Shown here in pieces: positions 38,847-49,176 of a stretch of DNA of 64,000 nt. The notes beneath the pieces were generated by a model. The model saw only the letters and a program-made list of their open reading frames with translations. It was not told the DNA's origin and searched no databases. Origin of the DNA: an uncultured delta proteobacterium (GTDB lineage: Bacteria > Desulfobacterota > Binatia > UBA9968). Made by a program: the position numbers and the translations under genes. Where the stretch lies: NCBI GenBank assembly GCA_963745835.1, contig CAVUZH010000024.1:1-64000 (forward strand). The letters are read 5' to 3'. Each line of letters begins with the position of its first letter. Position 1 is the first letter of the stretch.

Positions 38847-40100
38847 TCAGGAAACGGGTCTCGACAACCGGCCGCGCTCCTCGAATTCCCGCTGCGCTGC
38901 GTCTACAAACTCGCCATTGCTTAGCAGGTCACAGGTGGTAAGAGCGAGGACCTTAGCAACATCCAAAGCTACGTCCAAGGCAAATTCAGACCGTGCAGCT
39001 TCTGTGAGCGCCGTGGAGTGTCCTGCGACCGGCGTCTTGCTGATTGCAAATGAGATATTGAAAAAGGGCAGCACCTGGCTCACATTCCCGGAATCCGTGG
39101 ACGCAGTGCTTCGACGGACACTCAATGCTTTGTCGTCGACTTCCAAACCTACGTCCCTTGCGTTCGCGAGGGTTAGTTTCGCGAGCAAATTGTTGGGTCG
39201 CACATTCTCATAAAACGGATACAACGGCTCAATCTCAACCCGCGCTCCAGTCATTTTCCCTGCTCCCTCGGCAATCTGTGCCACCTTCGGAACGACTTCG
39301 TCGCGGAGGTATAAGTGATCTCGGCTACGCAACATGAAATTCGCCGCAGCAAAGTCGGGAACAACGTTGGCCGCTTTTCCGCCATGTGTGATTACGCCAT
39401 GAATTCGTACATCGTCACGCAGGTGCTGTCTCAACGCATCGATGCCGGTAAAGAGATGAATTACCGCGTTCAGAGCGTTGATGCCTTCCTGTGGCATCGT
39501 TGCCGCGTGTGCCGACTTTCCATAGAATAGGTAGCGATACCCTACCATTGCCAGCCGCCAGTTCTCTTCTAGGGGGACCTCTAAAGGAATTGACGTGCGA
39601 TGACTTCCGGGATGAGATTTGAGTGCGACATGGACATCGTCAAAAACTCCCGCCTTGAGTAAACGAACCTTTCCTCCGCCTCCTTCTTCAGCCGGCGTCC
39701 CAATGACCATGAGCCTTCCCGGCAGAGTTGAAAGTGCGGCTTGCACTCCCAATCCGGCTCCGACAGCTGTCATCGCGATTAGATTGTGGCCGCACCCGTG
39801 GCCGATTTCTGGTAAGGCGTCATATTCCGCAAGAACCGCCACCGTTGGACCTTTGCCGGCACCGCCCTCAAGCGTCGCTCGAAAGGCAGTCTCGACACCA
39901 CCAACGCCGCGTTCCACGACAAATCCCTTTCGCTCGAGAGTGTCGGTTAGCAACTTAGCCGCATAGTGTTCTTGATAATTGATTTCAGGGTGGTCATGAA
40001 GGTCTAAGGCAATTTGAACTAATTCCTTTCTCGAGTTATCGATCGCCTTTGTGCCGATTTCAAACCACCTTTTTTCGGATCTACTCTGTTCGAGAGCCAT
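38847..40100 (-). CDS. M20 family amidohydrolase (AbgB/ACY1L2-like)
   Basis: HPE..YQE, AEYDALP..GHGCGHN, GTPAEEGGGGK, STD.GNVS, GHS. Confidence 0.9.
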   Translation of the reverse strand: MALEQSRSEKRWFEIGTKAIDNSRKELVQIALDLHDHPEINYQEHYAAKLLTDTLERKGFVVERGVGGVETAFRATLEGGAGKGPTVAVLAEYDALPEIGHGCGHNLIAMTAVGAGLGVQAALSTLPGRLMVIGTPAEEGGGGKVRLLKAGVFDDVHVALKSHPGSHRTSIPLEVPLEENWRLAMVGYRYLFYGKSAHAATMPQEGINALNAVIHLFTGIDALRQHLRDDVRIHGVITHGGKAANVVPDFAAANFMLRSRDHLYLRDEVVPKVAQIAEGAGKMTGARVEIEPLYPFYENVRPNNLLAKLTLANARDVGLEVDDKALSVRRSTASTDSGNVSQVLPFFNISFAISKTPVAGHSTALTEAARSEFALDVALDVAKVLALTTCDLLSNGEFVDAAQREFEERGRLSRPVS

Positions 40101-40133
40101 TAGATACCCCCTCGTGTTGCTTGCCGTGCGGTC

Positions 40134-40613
40134 TCAGACACTTTCGCCTTCGATTCTCCCCGCGTTTCCGGTGGGAACAAAATCAAAGGATCCAATATTA
40201 CTCATCAATGATGCCGTGTGGACGGCGAATAACCGCACCCTTCGGCTCATTTCCAGATTGAAATGTTGATGCTCGGACATTGGCGGAACAGAAATCGTAT
40301 CACCGGCACTCCACTCGAACTTGACGCCGTCTATCTCTGTATATCCCCGTCCTTCTAGCACGTGAATGATCGCCTCCATATTGTGCCGGTGCCGGCCGCT
40401 TTTCCAACCTGGTGGAATCTCGCGAATAAAACCACTGATCTGGCGATTTGCGAACCCATTAGCAGGACTCACATGCTGCGCGACCGTACCTGAGGAACTT
40501 GTCTTAAAAGTCAACTCGTCACTTTTGATCACGATTCGAGAACTCTTCCACCTCTCGTGCCCCTCCTGAGCTCTCACTTCGAGCGCAGCCTTTTCTTGCG
40601 TTGGTGTCTCCAT
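40134..40613 (-). CDS. Cupin domain protein (gentisate dioxygenase-like monocupin)
   Basis: HRHNMEA..HVLEGRG, W.AGD..VPP..EHQH. Confidence 0.85.
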   Translation of the reverse strand: METPTQEKAALEVRAQEGHERWKSSRIVIKSDELTFKTSSSGTVAQHVSPANGFANRQISGFIREIPPGWKSGRHRHNMEAIIHVLEGRGYTEIDGVKFEWSAGDTISVPPMSEHQHFNLEMSRRVRLFAVHTASLMSNIGSFDFVPTGNAGRIEGESV

Positions 40614-40637
40614 ACCTTTACCTCCTCACCAAGGTTT

Positions 40638-41750
40638 TTATTGACCCGTAACGCTTCCGGCGATCATTTTGTCAAGTTTATCCCCAAATGCTTCAAATGC
40701 GTCGAACTCCTTCTGACTCTTGGGTTCAAGGACTTTCGCGTTCGGTGCTCGTTCCTGGATCAGCTTATTCAAAAACGACCCTTTGCGGGTCACCCGAGTA
40801 CTGAACTCCATCTTCTCGTAAATCGACATGCCGTCCGTGGCCAACCAAGCGATGAAAAGGTGTGACAGATTTGGATGGCGCGACTTCTTACTCGTGGAAT
40901 AGCCTTGACTTAGCACAGGGATATAATTCCCGTACGTTTTCCAATCTATCGGAGCACCCTTCATTATCTTAAGGCGCTCGGCCTCATGAATGCTCCCGAA
41001 ACCAACCGGTGCTTCGCCGGCGGAAATAGCGTTTACCACTGCCGGCGTTCCTTTCTTAAATATGGGCTTGTTGGCGATAAGCTTCTTCACGAGATTGATC
41101 ACGCGCTCCTCTCCCCAAGCCAACATAAAAAGATCGAATGGCGATGCGCCGCTTGAGTTCATAGCAAATCGCCGTGACCATTTCGGATCCGCCAGATCCT
41201 CCAGCTGGTTGGGGACATCACCTACCTTTAACTGATCGCTATTGAAATTGAAGCTCCTCGTAGCATCGTAAACAACGACCCACTTGCCCTTTAATTCTGT
41301 GGGAACGCGATCCTCGGTCGGCTCTTTAATATCTGGAAACTCTGCACCGAAAGTTCCGGTCCAATCAAAAACTTCAAGTAACCCAGCCTTGTCTGCTTCG
41401 ACGAGCGTGTTGGCACTACTCATTACTATGTCCGGGCCGCTTCGTCCTGCTCGTGCCTCTGACACTAAGCGAGGAACGGCAACGCTCGGGTGCAGCGTTA
41501 ACCACTCGAATTTGAAATTAGGCAACGAATATCTCTTTTTGAAGGCATCAAAAAAGGCTTGCCGTGTCTTTTCCTCGCGAGGATTGGACGCATAGACTAG
41601 AAACGTAGTCCCCTGGCCCGCTTCCTTCTTAGCCGCCGCAACCAACTCCTGAAACTTTACGGTCGCCGCACCCGCCGGGAGGGTGGACAATTGGATCCCG
41701 CTACAGAGCAACGCTGCGTGCAACCATATGAACATCGGTTTTGTTCTCAT
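40638..41750 (-). CDS. ABC substrate-binding protein (AfuA-like), paralog 2 of 3
   Basis: Signal peptide, SNPREEKTRQ, YDATRS, LADPKW, GFGSIHEAERLK, RHPNL. Confidence 0.85.
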   Translation of the reverse strand: MRTKPMFIWLHAALLCSGIQLSTLPAGAATVKFQELVAAAKKEAGQGTTFLVYASNPREEKTRQAFFDAFKKRYSLPNFKFEWLTLHPSVAVPRLVSEARAGRSGPDIVMSSANTLVEADKAGLLEVFDWTGTFGAEFPDIKEPTEDRVPTELKGKWVVVYDATRSFNFNSDQLKVGDVPNQLEDLADPKWSRRFAMNSSGASPFDLFMLAWGEERVINLVKKLIANKPIFKKGTPAVVNAISAGEAPVGFGSIHEAERLKIMKGAPIDWKTYGNYIPVLSQGYSTSKKSRHPNLSHLFIAWLATDGMSIYEKMEFSTRVTRKGSFLNKLIQERAPNAKVLEPKSQKEFDAFEAFGDKLDKMIAGSVTGQ

Positions 41751-41795
41751 ATAGAATGACCCCCTACATCATCGTTCGTAGTCAATCATTAATGA

Positions 41796-43358
41796 TCAAT
41801 CCGCATCCTCCAATTCACGACCCCATGTTCGCGCGATCTCAGCCATGAATTCTGGGCTAGATTCGGTTACTTGAGGGAACTCGTCAATCCAATCAAAGGG
41901 TCGACATGCGTCGAACAGCGCTCGGGAGTTGTAAGTGGGGCCGGGGTCTCGACGCATGGGATCCACCTTGCTGCCCTGAGTCTTATGTATGACTTCAATA
42001 TCTGTAGCCGGGTCCACACGAGTGCAGAGGGCCCATACGACTTCTTCTAGGTTCATATAATCGACATCCTCATCAACCACGATCACGTAACGATTCATAT
42101 ATGACGCCTCCGGACACAGTGATGTGATTGCGGCTACCTGGCGCGAATGACCACAGAAGCCTTGTTTCATCGAAACGATGATCAGAGACCTCCCTCCTCC
42201 ACATTCTGGTGCCCAGACCCCACGAATTCCCCTCAGGCCAGCTCTAACGAGGGCATCGTGAATCATGGCGGACTTCATCACTGATTTCATGTACGAGTAG
42301 TCATGGGGCGGCTTGCCAGGCGGCGCCCCTAGTAGGATAGGATTCTTTCGATGGAGCACTGTGTCCACTTCAAGGATCGGAGCCCTACTTTCTCTTTTCC
42401 CTCCGGTATAATATCCTGTCCACTCTCCAAAAGGTCCTTCACTGGCTTGCTTATCTGGATAAATCCATCCTTCTAAGACAGCTTCAGCTCCGGCGGGGAT
42501 TGGCAGGCCTGTTTTAGGTGCGGCTACAACATCTACGGGCATGCCGATCACGGCCCCAGCATAATTGTATTCCCCAATACCTAAGGGAACTTCCAGGCCG
42601 GCCAAAGCAAACAACAAAGGATCATGTCCCAAAGAAATGGCTATAGGGCATCGGCCTTCTCGCGCCCACCACTTTTCATAATGCATGCGGCCCTGCTTGC
42701 CGGCGCCGATGAGCACGGAAACATGCTTCTCATCCAATATCATAATCCGGTATGCCCCTAGATTGACCCAGCCTGAATCCGGATCGCGTGTTACCACTGC
42801 GCAACCCGTACCGATATAACGGCCACCGTCTTTCTCGTGCCAAATTGGAGCTGGAAATTCGAAAAGGTTTATGTCCCCATTTTCATGAACCTCCTCAAAG
42901 GCGGGTGCCGTTGTAACCATATGTGGTGGAAAATTCTGCGCACCCTGTTCCCATGCAAGAGGTTTACCTCGAAGCGCCTCTATCAGTCCTCTATCGTCTA
43001 ATTCAGTTGACAGACGAAAGGTAAGCGCCATTCGACGTACGCTACCCATTGACGCCGTTAAGATTCGATAGCCTGCCGGGTAATCCTTAATCTCATCGAA
43101 AAGAAGCGCGCGGTTAGGCCGGCGCCTATAGTTCAATTGGGAGATTCCACCAATCTCCATATTCCAATTAGCGCCTTTAATAATCCTTAACTCTCCCATG
43201 CTCTCTACGGCCTTGATCCAGTCTCTAAAGTCGTTGTTTCCGCCAAGCTTAATTGGCCTCACCTCTCCCACAGTACGCTCCTCGCCATTGCTGCTCGATT
43301 TTGAACTGGGAACAATCGTCTTTGTGATCTCTTTCGATAGATTCTGAGGCATGAACAA
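41796..43358 (-). CDS. UbiD family (prFMN-dependent) decarboxylase
   Basis: DGGRYIGT, NLGAYR, EGPFGEWTGYY, VIVVDEDVD, WALCTR.DP, DACRPF. Confidence 0.92.
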   Translation of the reverse strand: MFMPQNLSKEITKTIVPSSKSSSNGEERTVGEVRPIKLGGNNDFRDWIKAVESMGELRIIKGANWNMEIGGISQLNYRRRPNRALLFDEIKDYPAGYRILTASMGSVRRMALTFRLSTELDDRGLIEALRGKPLAWEQGAQNFPPHMVTTAPAFEEVHENGDINLFEFPAPIWHEKDGGRYIGTGCAVVTRDPDSGWVNLGAYRIMILDEKHVSVLIGAGKQGRMHYEKWWAREGRCPIAISLGHDPLLFALAGLEVPLGIGEYNYAGAVIGMPVDVVAAPKTGLPIPAGAEAVLEGWIYPDKQASEGPFGEWTGYYTGGKRESRAPILEVDTVLHRKNPILLGAPPGKPPHDYSYMKSVMKSAMIHDALVRAGLRGIRGVWAPECGGGRSLIIVSMKQGFCGHSRQVAAITSLCPEASYMNRYVIVVDEDVDYMNLEEVVWALCTRVDPATDIEVIHKTQGSKVDPMRRDPGPTYNSRALFDACRPFDWIDEFPQVTESSPEFMAEIARTWGRELEDAD

Positions 43359-43433
43359 TCCTTTCTGCGTTATCGCTCGAAGGCGTCGGTGTCAAAAGCC
43401 TAGACAAGCTCCTTAGGGGAGCTATATCGTGGC

Positions 43434-44567
43434 CTACCCACCGCTAAGTCCAGCGGCAATGATTTTGCTGGCCGTTTCGCCAAATTGGTCATGGATCTCA
43501 AACTCCTTTCGACTGGCAGGAGCCAACACTTTTGCGTTAGGAGCACGCTCCTTGATCAACTTATTGAGCGGCGACAATTCATGCGATACTCGGAAGCTGA
43601 AATCCAACTTCTCGGCGATTGCTATACCATCCATTGCAAACCAAGCGATAAACAGCCTGGCAAGATTCTTATGTTGCGACTTTCTTGTTAGTAAGAGACC
43701 TTGCGGCAAGACGGGAATATAGTCTCCTTGCGCTTCTAACCCATAGGTTTTCCAATCAACTGGAGCTCCCTTTGCCTTTAGTCGCTCAGCTTCATGAATG
43801 CTGCCAAAACCGACCGGCGCTTCGCCTGCCGCGACTGCGTTGTTTACCGCGGGGGTGCCTTTCTTGTAGATAGGTTTATTCGACATTACCTTTTTCATTG
43901 CATTTATTGTGCGGTCCTCTCCCCATCTGAGAACAAACAAATCCCATGGCGAACTTCCAGTATTGCTCATGATAAATTTTCTCGACCATTGTGGTTGGCT
44001 GAGATTCTCAACGAGATCCGGGACCTGACCAGCTTTGAGTTGTTGTGTATTAAAAATGAAGCTGCGAGTGGCATCAAACAAAGCAACCCACTTTCCCTTC
44101 AGCTCCACAGGCACTCTTTCAACAGCTGCTTCTTTGATCGTCGGAAACTCCTCGCTAAAGGCTGCTACCCAATCATAAGCTTCGAGGAGACCTGCTTCGT
44201 CTATATCCGACAGAGAATTATGACTTCCGAAAACTACGTCGGGACCGCTTCTGCCGGCTCGAGTTTCTGCTACGATGCGAGCAACTGTGTCACGAGGATG
44301 AAGCGGAAGCCGTTCAAACTTTAGCTCACCTAAACCGTATTTTTTCGCGAAGGTATCTACTAGAATTTGCCAGGTCTTATCGTCCCTAGGATTCGAGGCC
44401 CAAATCACAAAACTTCCCGTAGTTTCCTTCTTCGCTTCCACCAAGACGTGCTTAAATCTGAGGGGTTGTGCATCAGTTCTTGTTGCATCAACATTCGACA
44501 GAAAGGACCAGATTAAGGTCAAAACGACAATTTTGATGGGCCCATTTTGGAACATTTTCTCCCCCAT
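43434..44567 (-). CDS. ABC substrate-binding protein (AfuA-like), paralog 3 of 3
   Basis: Signal peptide, SNPRDDKT, FDATRS, GFGSIHEAERLK, DYIPVL. Confidence 0.85.
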   Translation of the reverse strand: MGEKMFQNGPIKIVVLTLIWSFLSNVDATRTDAQPLRFKHVLVEAKKETTGSFVIWASNPRDDKTWQILVDTFAKKYGLGELKFERLPLHPRDTVARIVAETRAGRSGPDVVFGSHNSLSDIDEAGLLEAYDWVAAFSEEFPTIKEAAVERVPVELKGKWVALFDATRSFIFNTQQLKAGQVPDLVENLSQPQWSRKFIMSNTGSSPWDLFVLRWGEDRTINAMKKVMSNKPIYKKGTPAVNNAVAAGEAPVGFGSIHEAERLKAKGAPVDWKTYGLEAQGDYIPVLPQGLLLTRKSQHKNLARLFIAWFAMDGIAIAEKLDFSFRVSHELSPLNKLIKERAPNAKVLAPASRKEFEIHDQFGETASKIIAAGLSGG

Positions 44568-44880
44568 TCTGCTTGTAAAATCGGAAGCGTCAAAAATGAA
44601 ATCCGATCGCGTTGAAGTACTCCAGGTGCAGCACTAATGAGTTCAATGGATCACCATAGTCAATTTCCCGGAATGAACGTCGGCAACCGCCAAACCGATC
44701 GCTTCGATGCCCGGCGAGATGGGTGCGTTTTCGTTTCCTCCCTTCGGAGGACAGTTCCTCTACCCACAGCTGAATCTAGCATCAGCCATTTTCTCGGCAG
44801 TTCTCCGCAATTTTTCTGAACTCAAAAACTTTCATTTGGCTGACACCTTCATTGTCACAGGACGGCTCCATCTCGCCAGC

Positions 44881-46620
44881 TCAACCCGCAGTCTCGGTTT
44901 TGCGCGAAGTGTAAATTTGAATTGGGAGCACCAACGCAAGCAAACTGCCGACCATGAGGATCAGAAGTGCACAGGCCGAAGGTACGTCTCCGAAGCTCCA
45001 GAGTAGCCAAAGCATTGAGCTGACAACAACGCTATCGGGAGACATAAGGACGAGTACCATCGTCAGATCCCGCATGCTGTGAGCAACAATCCAAAGCCAG
45101 CCGTTTATGAAATGCGGACGGAGCATAGGCAAAAGGATCTTGCGCATCATGGTGATCCAGGAGCTACCACAAGCGGTTGCCGCATTTTCAAGTTCAGGAT
45201 GAATTTGAATGAGACCGGCATTCATGGTTCGGGTTCCGAAAGCCAGATAGGCGGTGATCTGAGCAATGATGATGATCCAAATGGTTCCGTAAAGTGGCGT
45301 ACGGATGTACAGTAATAGGATTGCGATGGCGATCACGATGTTTGGAATTGCCAATGGCGCAAAGGCGAGAATGTCTAACAAGCGGCCGATCGAGAGCTTG
45401 GTCCTTGTAGAAAACCAGCTGATCAGACTCGATAGCACCATCGTGACAGTTGAGACCGTGAAAACCAGCAAAAAAGTGTTGCCAAGGGAGCGACGTATGG
45501 TGACACTTTCGAAGAGTGAGCGATAGTTATCTAAAGTTAGAGCACCGATCGCCTTAGTCGATGGCACCTGGTAAAACGGCAAGAGACTGGTCCAAATCAA
45601 GATCAACAAAGGTAGAACCATCAAACCAAAATAAACGGCCACGAAGACTAAAGCCGGGTATCGCCAAGGACCCAGCTTGATGCGCCGAGGCCGAAAGCCT
45701 TTACCGGTAACGACCCGAAACTGTTCGCTTACACGGGTGGCGCGATAATACCCCCACATCAACAGAAGGGCCAAAACGAGCAGGCCTATACCAAAGGCAG
45801 CAGCCAACCCATAATTGGGGGTTCCACCTTCGGGGCTGCTCAAGACGTAAATGTAGACGCTCAAAACCGGTACGCCGGCGGTTAGCCCGATGGCTAACGG
45901 GCCTTCAAACGCCTGTACCATAATCATCAGCATGTAAATTCCGATGGACAAAATTCCCGGAGTCAATAGCGGCAGCGTTATACGTCGAATGGTACGGATG
46001 AAATTGGCACCGGATACCGCCCCTGCATCCTCCAACTGGGGATCCATGTTGCGAAAGACCCCGCTTAGCATCACAAACATAGTCGGAACAATGCCAGTCC
46101 CCGCGATGAAGATCATCATCCACAAAGTGTAGACGTCCACCGGCGATGTTTCTAATCCAAGCAAATTCTTGAGAAAGATATTAAGCGCTCCGTTGTTGGG
46201 GTTGAATAGGAGTATCCAGCCGAACACAAAAGCTAGGGGCGGAACTGGCATCTTTGCGAAAGTCATCACACGGATTGTGGTCCGTAGCGGAAGGTCGGTT
46301 CGCTCCAAAAGCCAAGCTAAGAAGCAGGCAATAACGAGCCCTAAGAGAACGCTGCCGCTAGCATAAAGAACCGTGTTGTAGAGAAGCCGTAATGTGGCGG
46401 GATTTACGTACGCAACTACGAAATTGTTTAAGGTGAACTCGACAGTGTCGAATGGAAGTTTGCCCGGCGGTAAGAAACTCGTTCGAAACAGAATCAGCAA
46501 AGGGGCTATTACGAGAAACCCGGTGATAAGCGTAATGACGGGAAGGGCGAGTTTCTGTTGCGTGATTCCGCTCCGACTGATGCCTTTCGTGTCTAGCTCT
46601 TGTAGATTTGCCGTCGCCAT
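44881..46620 (-). CDS. ABC transporter permease (fused two-module FbpB/ThiP type)
   Basis: Highly hydrophobic; two EAA-like loops (LEDAGAVSGA, LENAATACGS); ERTDLP. Confidence 0.92.
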   Translation of the reverse strand: MATANLQELDTKGISRSGITQQKLALPVITLITGFLVIAPLLILFRTSFLPPGKLPFDTVEFTLNNFVVAYVNPATLRLLYNTVLYASGSVLLGLVIACFLAWLLERTDLPLRTTIRVMTFAKMPVPPLAFVFGWILLFNPNNGALNIFLKNLLGLETSPVDVYTLWMMIFIAGTGIVPTMFVMLSGVFRNMDPQLEDAGAVSGANFIRTIRRITLPLLTPGILSIGIYMLMIMVQAFEGPLAIGLTAGVPVLSVYIYVLSSPEGGTPNYGLAAAFGIGLLVLALLLMWGYYRATRVSEQFRVVTGKGFRPRRIKLGPWRYPALVFVAVYFGLMVLPLLILIWTSLLPFYQVPSTKAIGALTLDNYRSLFESVTIRRSLGNTFLLVFTVSTVTMVLSSLISWFSTRTKLSIGRLLDILAFAPLAIPNIVIAIAILLLYIRTPLYGTIWIIIIAQITAYLAFGTRTMNAGLIQIHPELENAATACGSSWITMMRKILLPMLRPHFINGWLWIVAHSMRDLTMVLVLMSPDSVVVSSMLWLLWSFGDVPSACALLILMVGSLLALVLPIQIYTSRKTETAG

Positions 46621-46648
46621 TTATCTATTAGTATTTTCCGCGAAACGG

Positions 46649-47752
46649 TTATACCTTCCCCACGATCACTAATCGATCCGTCGGGAGATGGAGATAGACC
46701 TTCTCGCCAACCTTAAATTCAAGATAAGGATCAAGCATTACTCGTAGGATCTCGTCGTTGCCAGCCTTGACCTGGCATTCGAGAAGATCCCCGATAAAGT
46801 TGACTGTCTGGATGGTCCCAGCGATATTATTAGCGGTCTCCTTGAACGGCGTTCGAGCCACATGGATGCCTGATGGACGGACAGCCAACAACACCGTGTC
46901 TCCTACTGTGATCGGTTGCTTTAATGCGCATTGGATATGACCCACCTTAGTCTCAATCACAGCGAACGTAGAAGCGTTTGTTAAGTCGATGACCTGCCCT
47001 TTTATGAAATTGCTCTTGCCAAGAAAATCTGCAACAAAGCGATCCTTTGGAGCAAGAAAGATCTCTCTAGGGGTTCCCTCCTGAACAATGCGACCGCTCT
47101 GCATCACGGCGATTCTGTCCGACATCGATAGAGCTTCTAGCTGGTCGTGAGTCACGTAAAGAGTGGTAATTTTTAGACGAGAAACCAAATCTCTGATCTC
47201 AAAACGCATCTCTTCACGCAGTTTAGCGTCGAGGTTGCTTAGCGGTTCGTCGAGGAGTAGGAGTTTGGGTTCTTGCACAATAGCTCGCGCCAAGGCTACT
47301 CGTTGTTGCTGACCACCACTTAAGAACGGCGATGGACGGTTGGCTAGCTCACCCAGCTGAACCAACCCGAGAGCTCTGGTTACGCGCTCTGAAACGAGAC
47401 TTTTGGTTATGCGTTGCCGACCGTATAACAAGGGAAAGGCAACGTTATCGAAAACCGTCATGTGAGGCCAGATAGCATAGGATTGGAACACCATGCCTAT
47501 ATCTCGACGATGGGCGGGAACGATCAAGTTTTGATCGCTGGAAAAGACTGGTTGATTATCCATTATGATTGCGCCTTCGTCGGGAGTTTCTAAGCCGGCG
47601 ATGCATTGCAAGGTAGTTGTTTTCCCACAACCGCTCGGTCCCAGCAAAGTGTAGAATTCTCCCTGCTTGATCTCGTAGCTGACACCGTCGATAGCCCGGA
47701 CTTGTCCGGTGTCCGTGGAGAATACTTTGCGAAGGTTTTTTACAGTTAACAT
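46649..47752 (-). CDS. ABC transporter ATP-binding protein (PotA/FbpC type, TOBE tail)
   Basis: GPSGCGKT, VFQSYA, LSGGQQQR, LLLDEP, VTHDQ. Confidence 0.95.
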   Translation of the reverse strand: MLTVKNLRKVFSTDTGQVRAIDGVSYEIKQGEFYTLLGPSGCGKTTTLQCIAGLETPDEGAIIMDNQPVFSSDQNLIVPAHRRDIGMVFQSYAIWPHMTVFDNVAFPLLYGRQRITKSLVSERVTRALGLVQLGELANRPSPFLSGGQQQRVALARAIVQEPKLLLLDEPLSNLDAKLREEMRFEIRDLVSRLKITTLYVTHDQLEALSMSDRIAVMQSGRIVQEGTPREIFLAPKDRFVADFLGKSNFIKGQVIDLTNASTFAVIETKVGHIQCALKQPITVGDTVLLAVRPSGIHVARTPFKETANNIAGTIQTVNFIGDLLECQVKAGNDEILRVMLDPYLEFKVGEKVYLHLPTDRLVIVGKV

Positions 47753-47828
47753 TTGTTTTCGTCAGTTGATTCGTGCGCCAACGTTGCGAAAACAGCGGTT
47801 CTTAATTCATGGCCGAGAGTGTCGGAAT

Positions 47829-49121
47829 TCACTGGCGAGCAGGATTTCGTATCTGTCCATCGACGACTTCCATCCGGCCCCCGATCAGAACATGTACGGG
47901 ATGCTTTAGACTATCAAGCCGTCTTAGGGGATCGCCCTCAACGACTAGAATGTCGGCCAACTTCCCGCGACCGACAATGCCAAGGTAAGATTGCCGTAGC
48001 GCATGCGCGCTGCCGCTAGTGCCCGCCACGATAATGTCCATAGGTGAGAGCCCTGCCTCAAGTAGATGGCCTAATTCACGATGGTACGTGATAGCGCCAA
48101 AATCAGTATCGGTTCCAGTTACGATTGGGCCGCCGATCTTATGGTAATAACCGATCCACTGTTTGGCGCGTTCCAGCCCTTCACGCCAATCATTCCGTAT
48201 TTCTTCGGTCCATTCCTTGCAGATGTCGGCTTTCATCTGCTGGAAGCTCTGCTTTAATTCTTCGGGTGATTCCCGATATTGCGGTTCCGTCTCAAGTGAC
48301 GCCTGCAGAAATCCAGCCCAATGCTCAAACGAGACCAGTCCCGGAGCCCACTCAATCTGGTGCTCGGCGAGTGTTCCCAAGATTTCTTGCATCGCACCTG
48401 TCGGCGCGGTGGCCCAAAGCCGTCCCAGCATTCCGAGGCGATGGGAGACGGAGCGGTAGCCGTGCAAAGTTGCATCGTCAAAAATTGGGCTTTCCGGGAT
48501 TCGTGATGTATTCTCAAGACCGTCAATGCCGACCTGAGCCGCTTCGCGTGCGCTCAAGTTGTAGACTTGACCCGTCACCGGCCGGCCGTGTGAATGAGCA
48601 ACGTCTAACATGGCACGCAAACAGTCAGCATCGATTCTTCGAGCGGCGAAAAGAGCATCGACATGTTCGTCTCTGATGAGCCGTTCAGCCTCACGAACTG
48701 CTTCTGCTGGGCTGTTGACAACAAGAGCGCTCTGCGGTCTAGCAGTGGGAGGGGAGTCCATCGTTGGACCAACGGAAAAAATACGCGGGCCGATCAATTC
48801 ACCGCACCGTATTCGGTCACGCAATTTCAGGATCGACGCTTGTTTGCCACCGGCAAAACGGATTGAGGTAATACCGCGTTGCGGGAACAGCGCTTTGTCC
48901 CATTCATTGAGCGTATGCTGGTGTAAGTCAATCAAACCCGGCAAAACTGTTCGATCCTTGGCATCCAGCACAATGGCGTTCTCAGGGATGAGTGTCCCGA
49001 TGCGGGAGCCAACAAAGGAAACATGGGCACCCCGGACGATCACAGCCGTGTCTGGGATAGGTTTCGCACCCGTTCCGTCAATTAGCGTACCGCCAACTAT
49101 CGCTATTGTATCGGCACCCAC
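47829..49121 (-). CDS. Amidohydrolase (HutI-like) with a degenerate second metal site
   Basis: GGTLIDGTG, PGLIDLHQH, GTD, GLSPM, GKLAD....GDP. Confidence 0.85.
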   Translation of the reverse strand: MGADTIAIVGGTLIDGTGAKPIPDTAVIVRGAHVSFVGSRIGTLIPENAIVLDAKDRTVLPGLIDLHQHTLNEWDKALFPQRGITSIRFAGGKQASILKLRDRIRCGELIGPRIFSVGPTMDSPPTARPQSALVVNSPAEAVREAERLIRDEHVDALFAARRIDADCLRAMLDVAHSHGRPVTGQVYNLSAREAAQVGIDGLENTSRIPESPIFDDATLHGYRSVSHRLGMLGRLWATAPTGAMQEILGTLAEHQIEWAPGLVSFEHWAGFLQASLETEPQYRESPEELKQSFQQMKADICKEWTEEIRNDWREGLERAKQWIGYYHKIGGPIVTGTDTDFGAITYHRELGHLLEAGLSPMDIIVAGTSGSAHALRQSYLGIVGRGKLADILVVEGDPLRRLDSLKHPVHVLIGGRMEVVDGQIRNPARQ

Positions 49122-49176
49122 AAGCTACAACTGTCCTATAGTATTAAACCGTCGCTAACTCACTTGCCGCGGTTTG

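Noticed and set aside
44737-44752. Short hairpins (TCCTCC-CTTC-GGAGGA; also near 1447-1460 and 43407-43423) as terminators
   Set aside because: 6-bp stems without a convincing U-tract on the coding strand.
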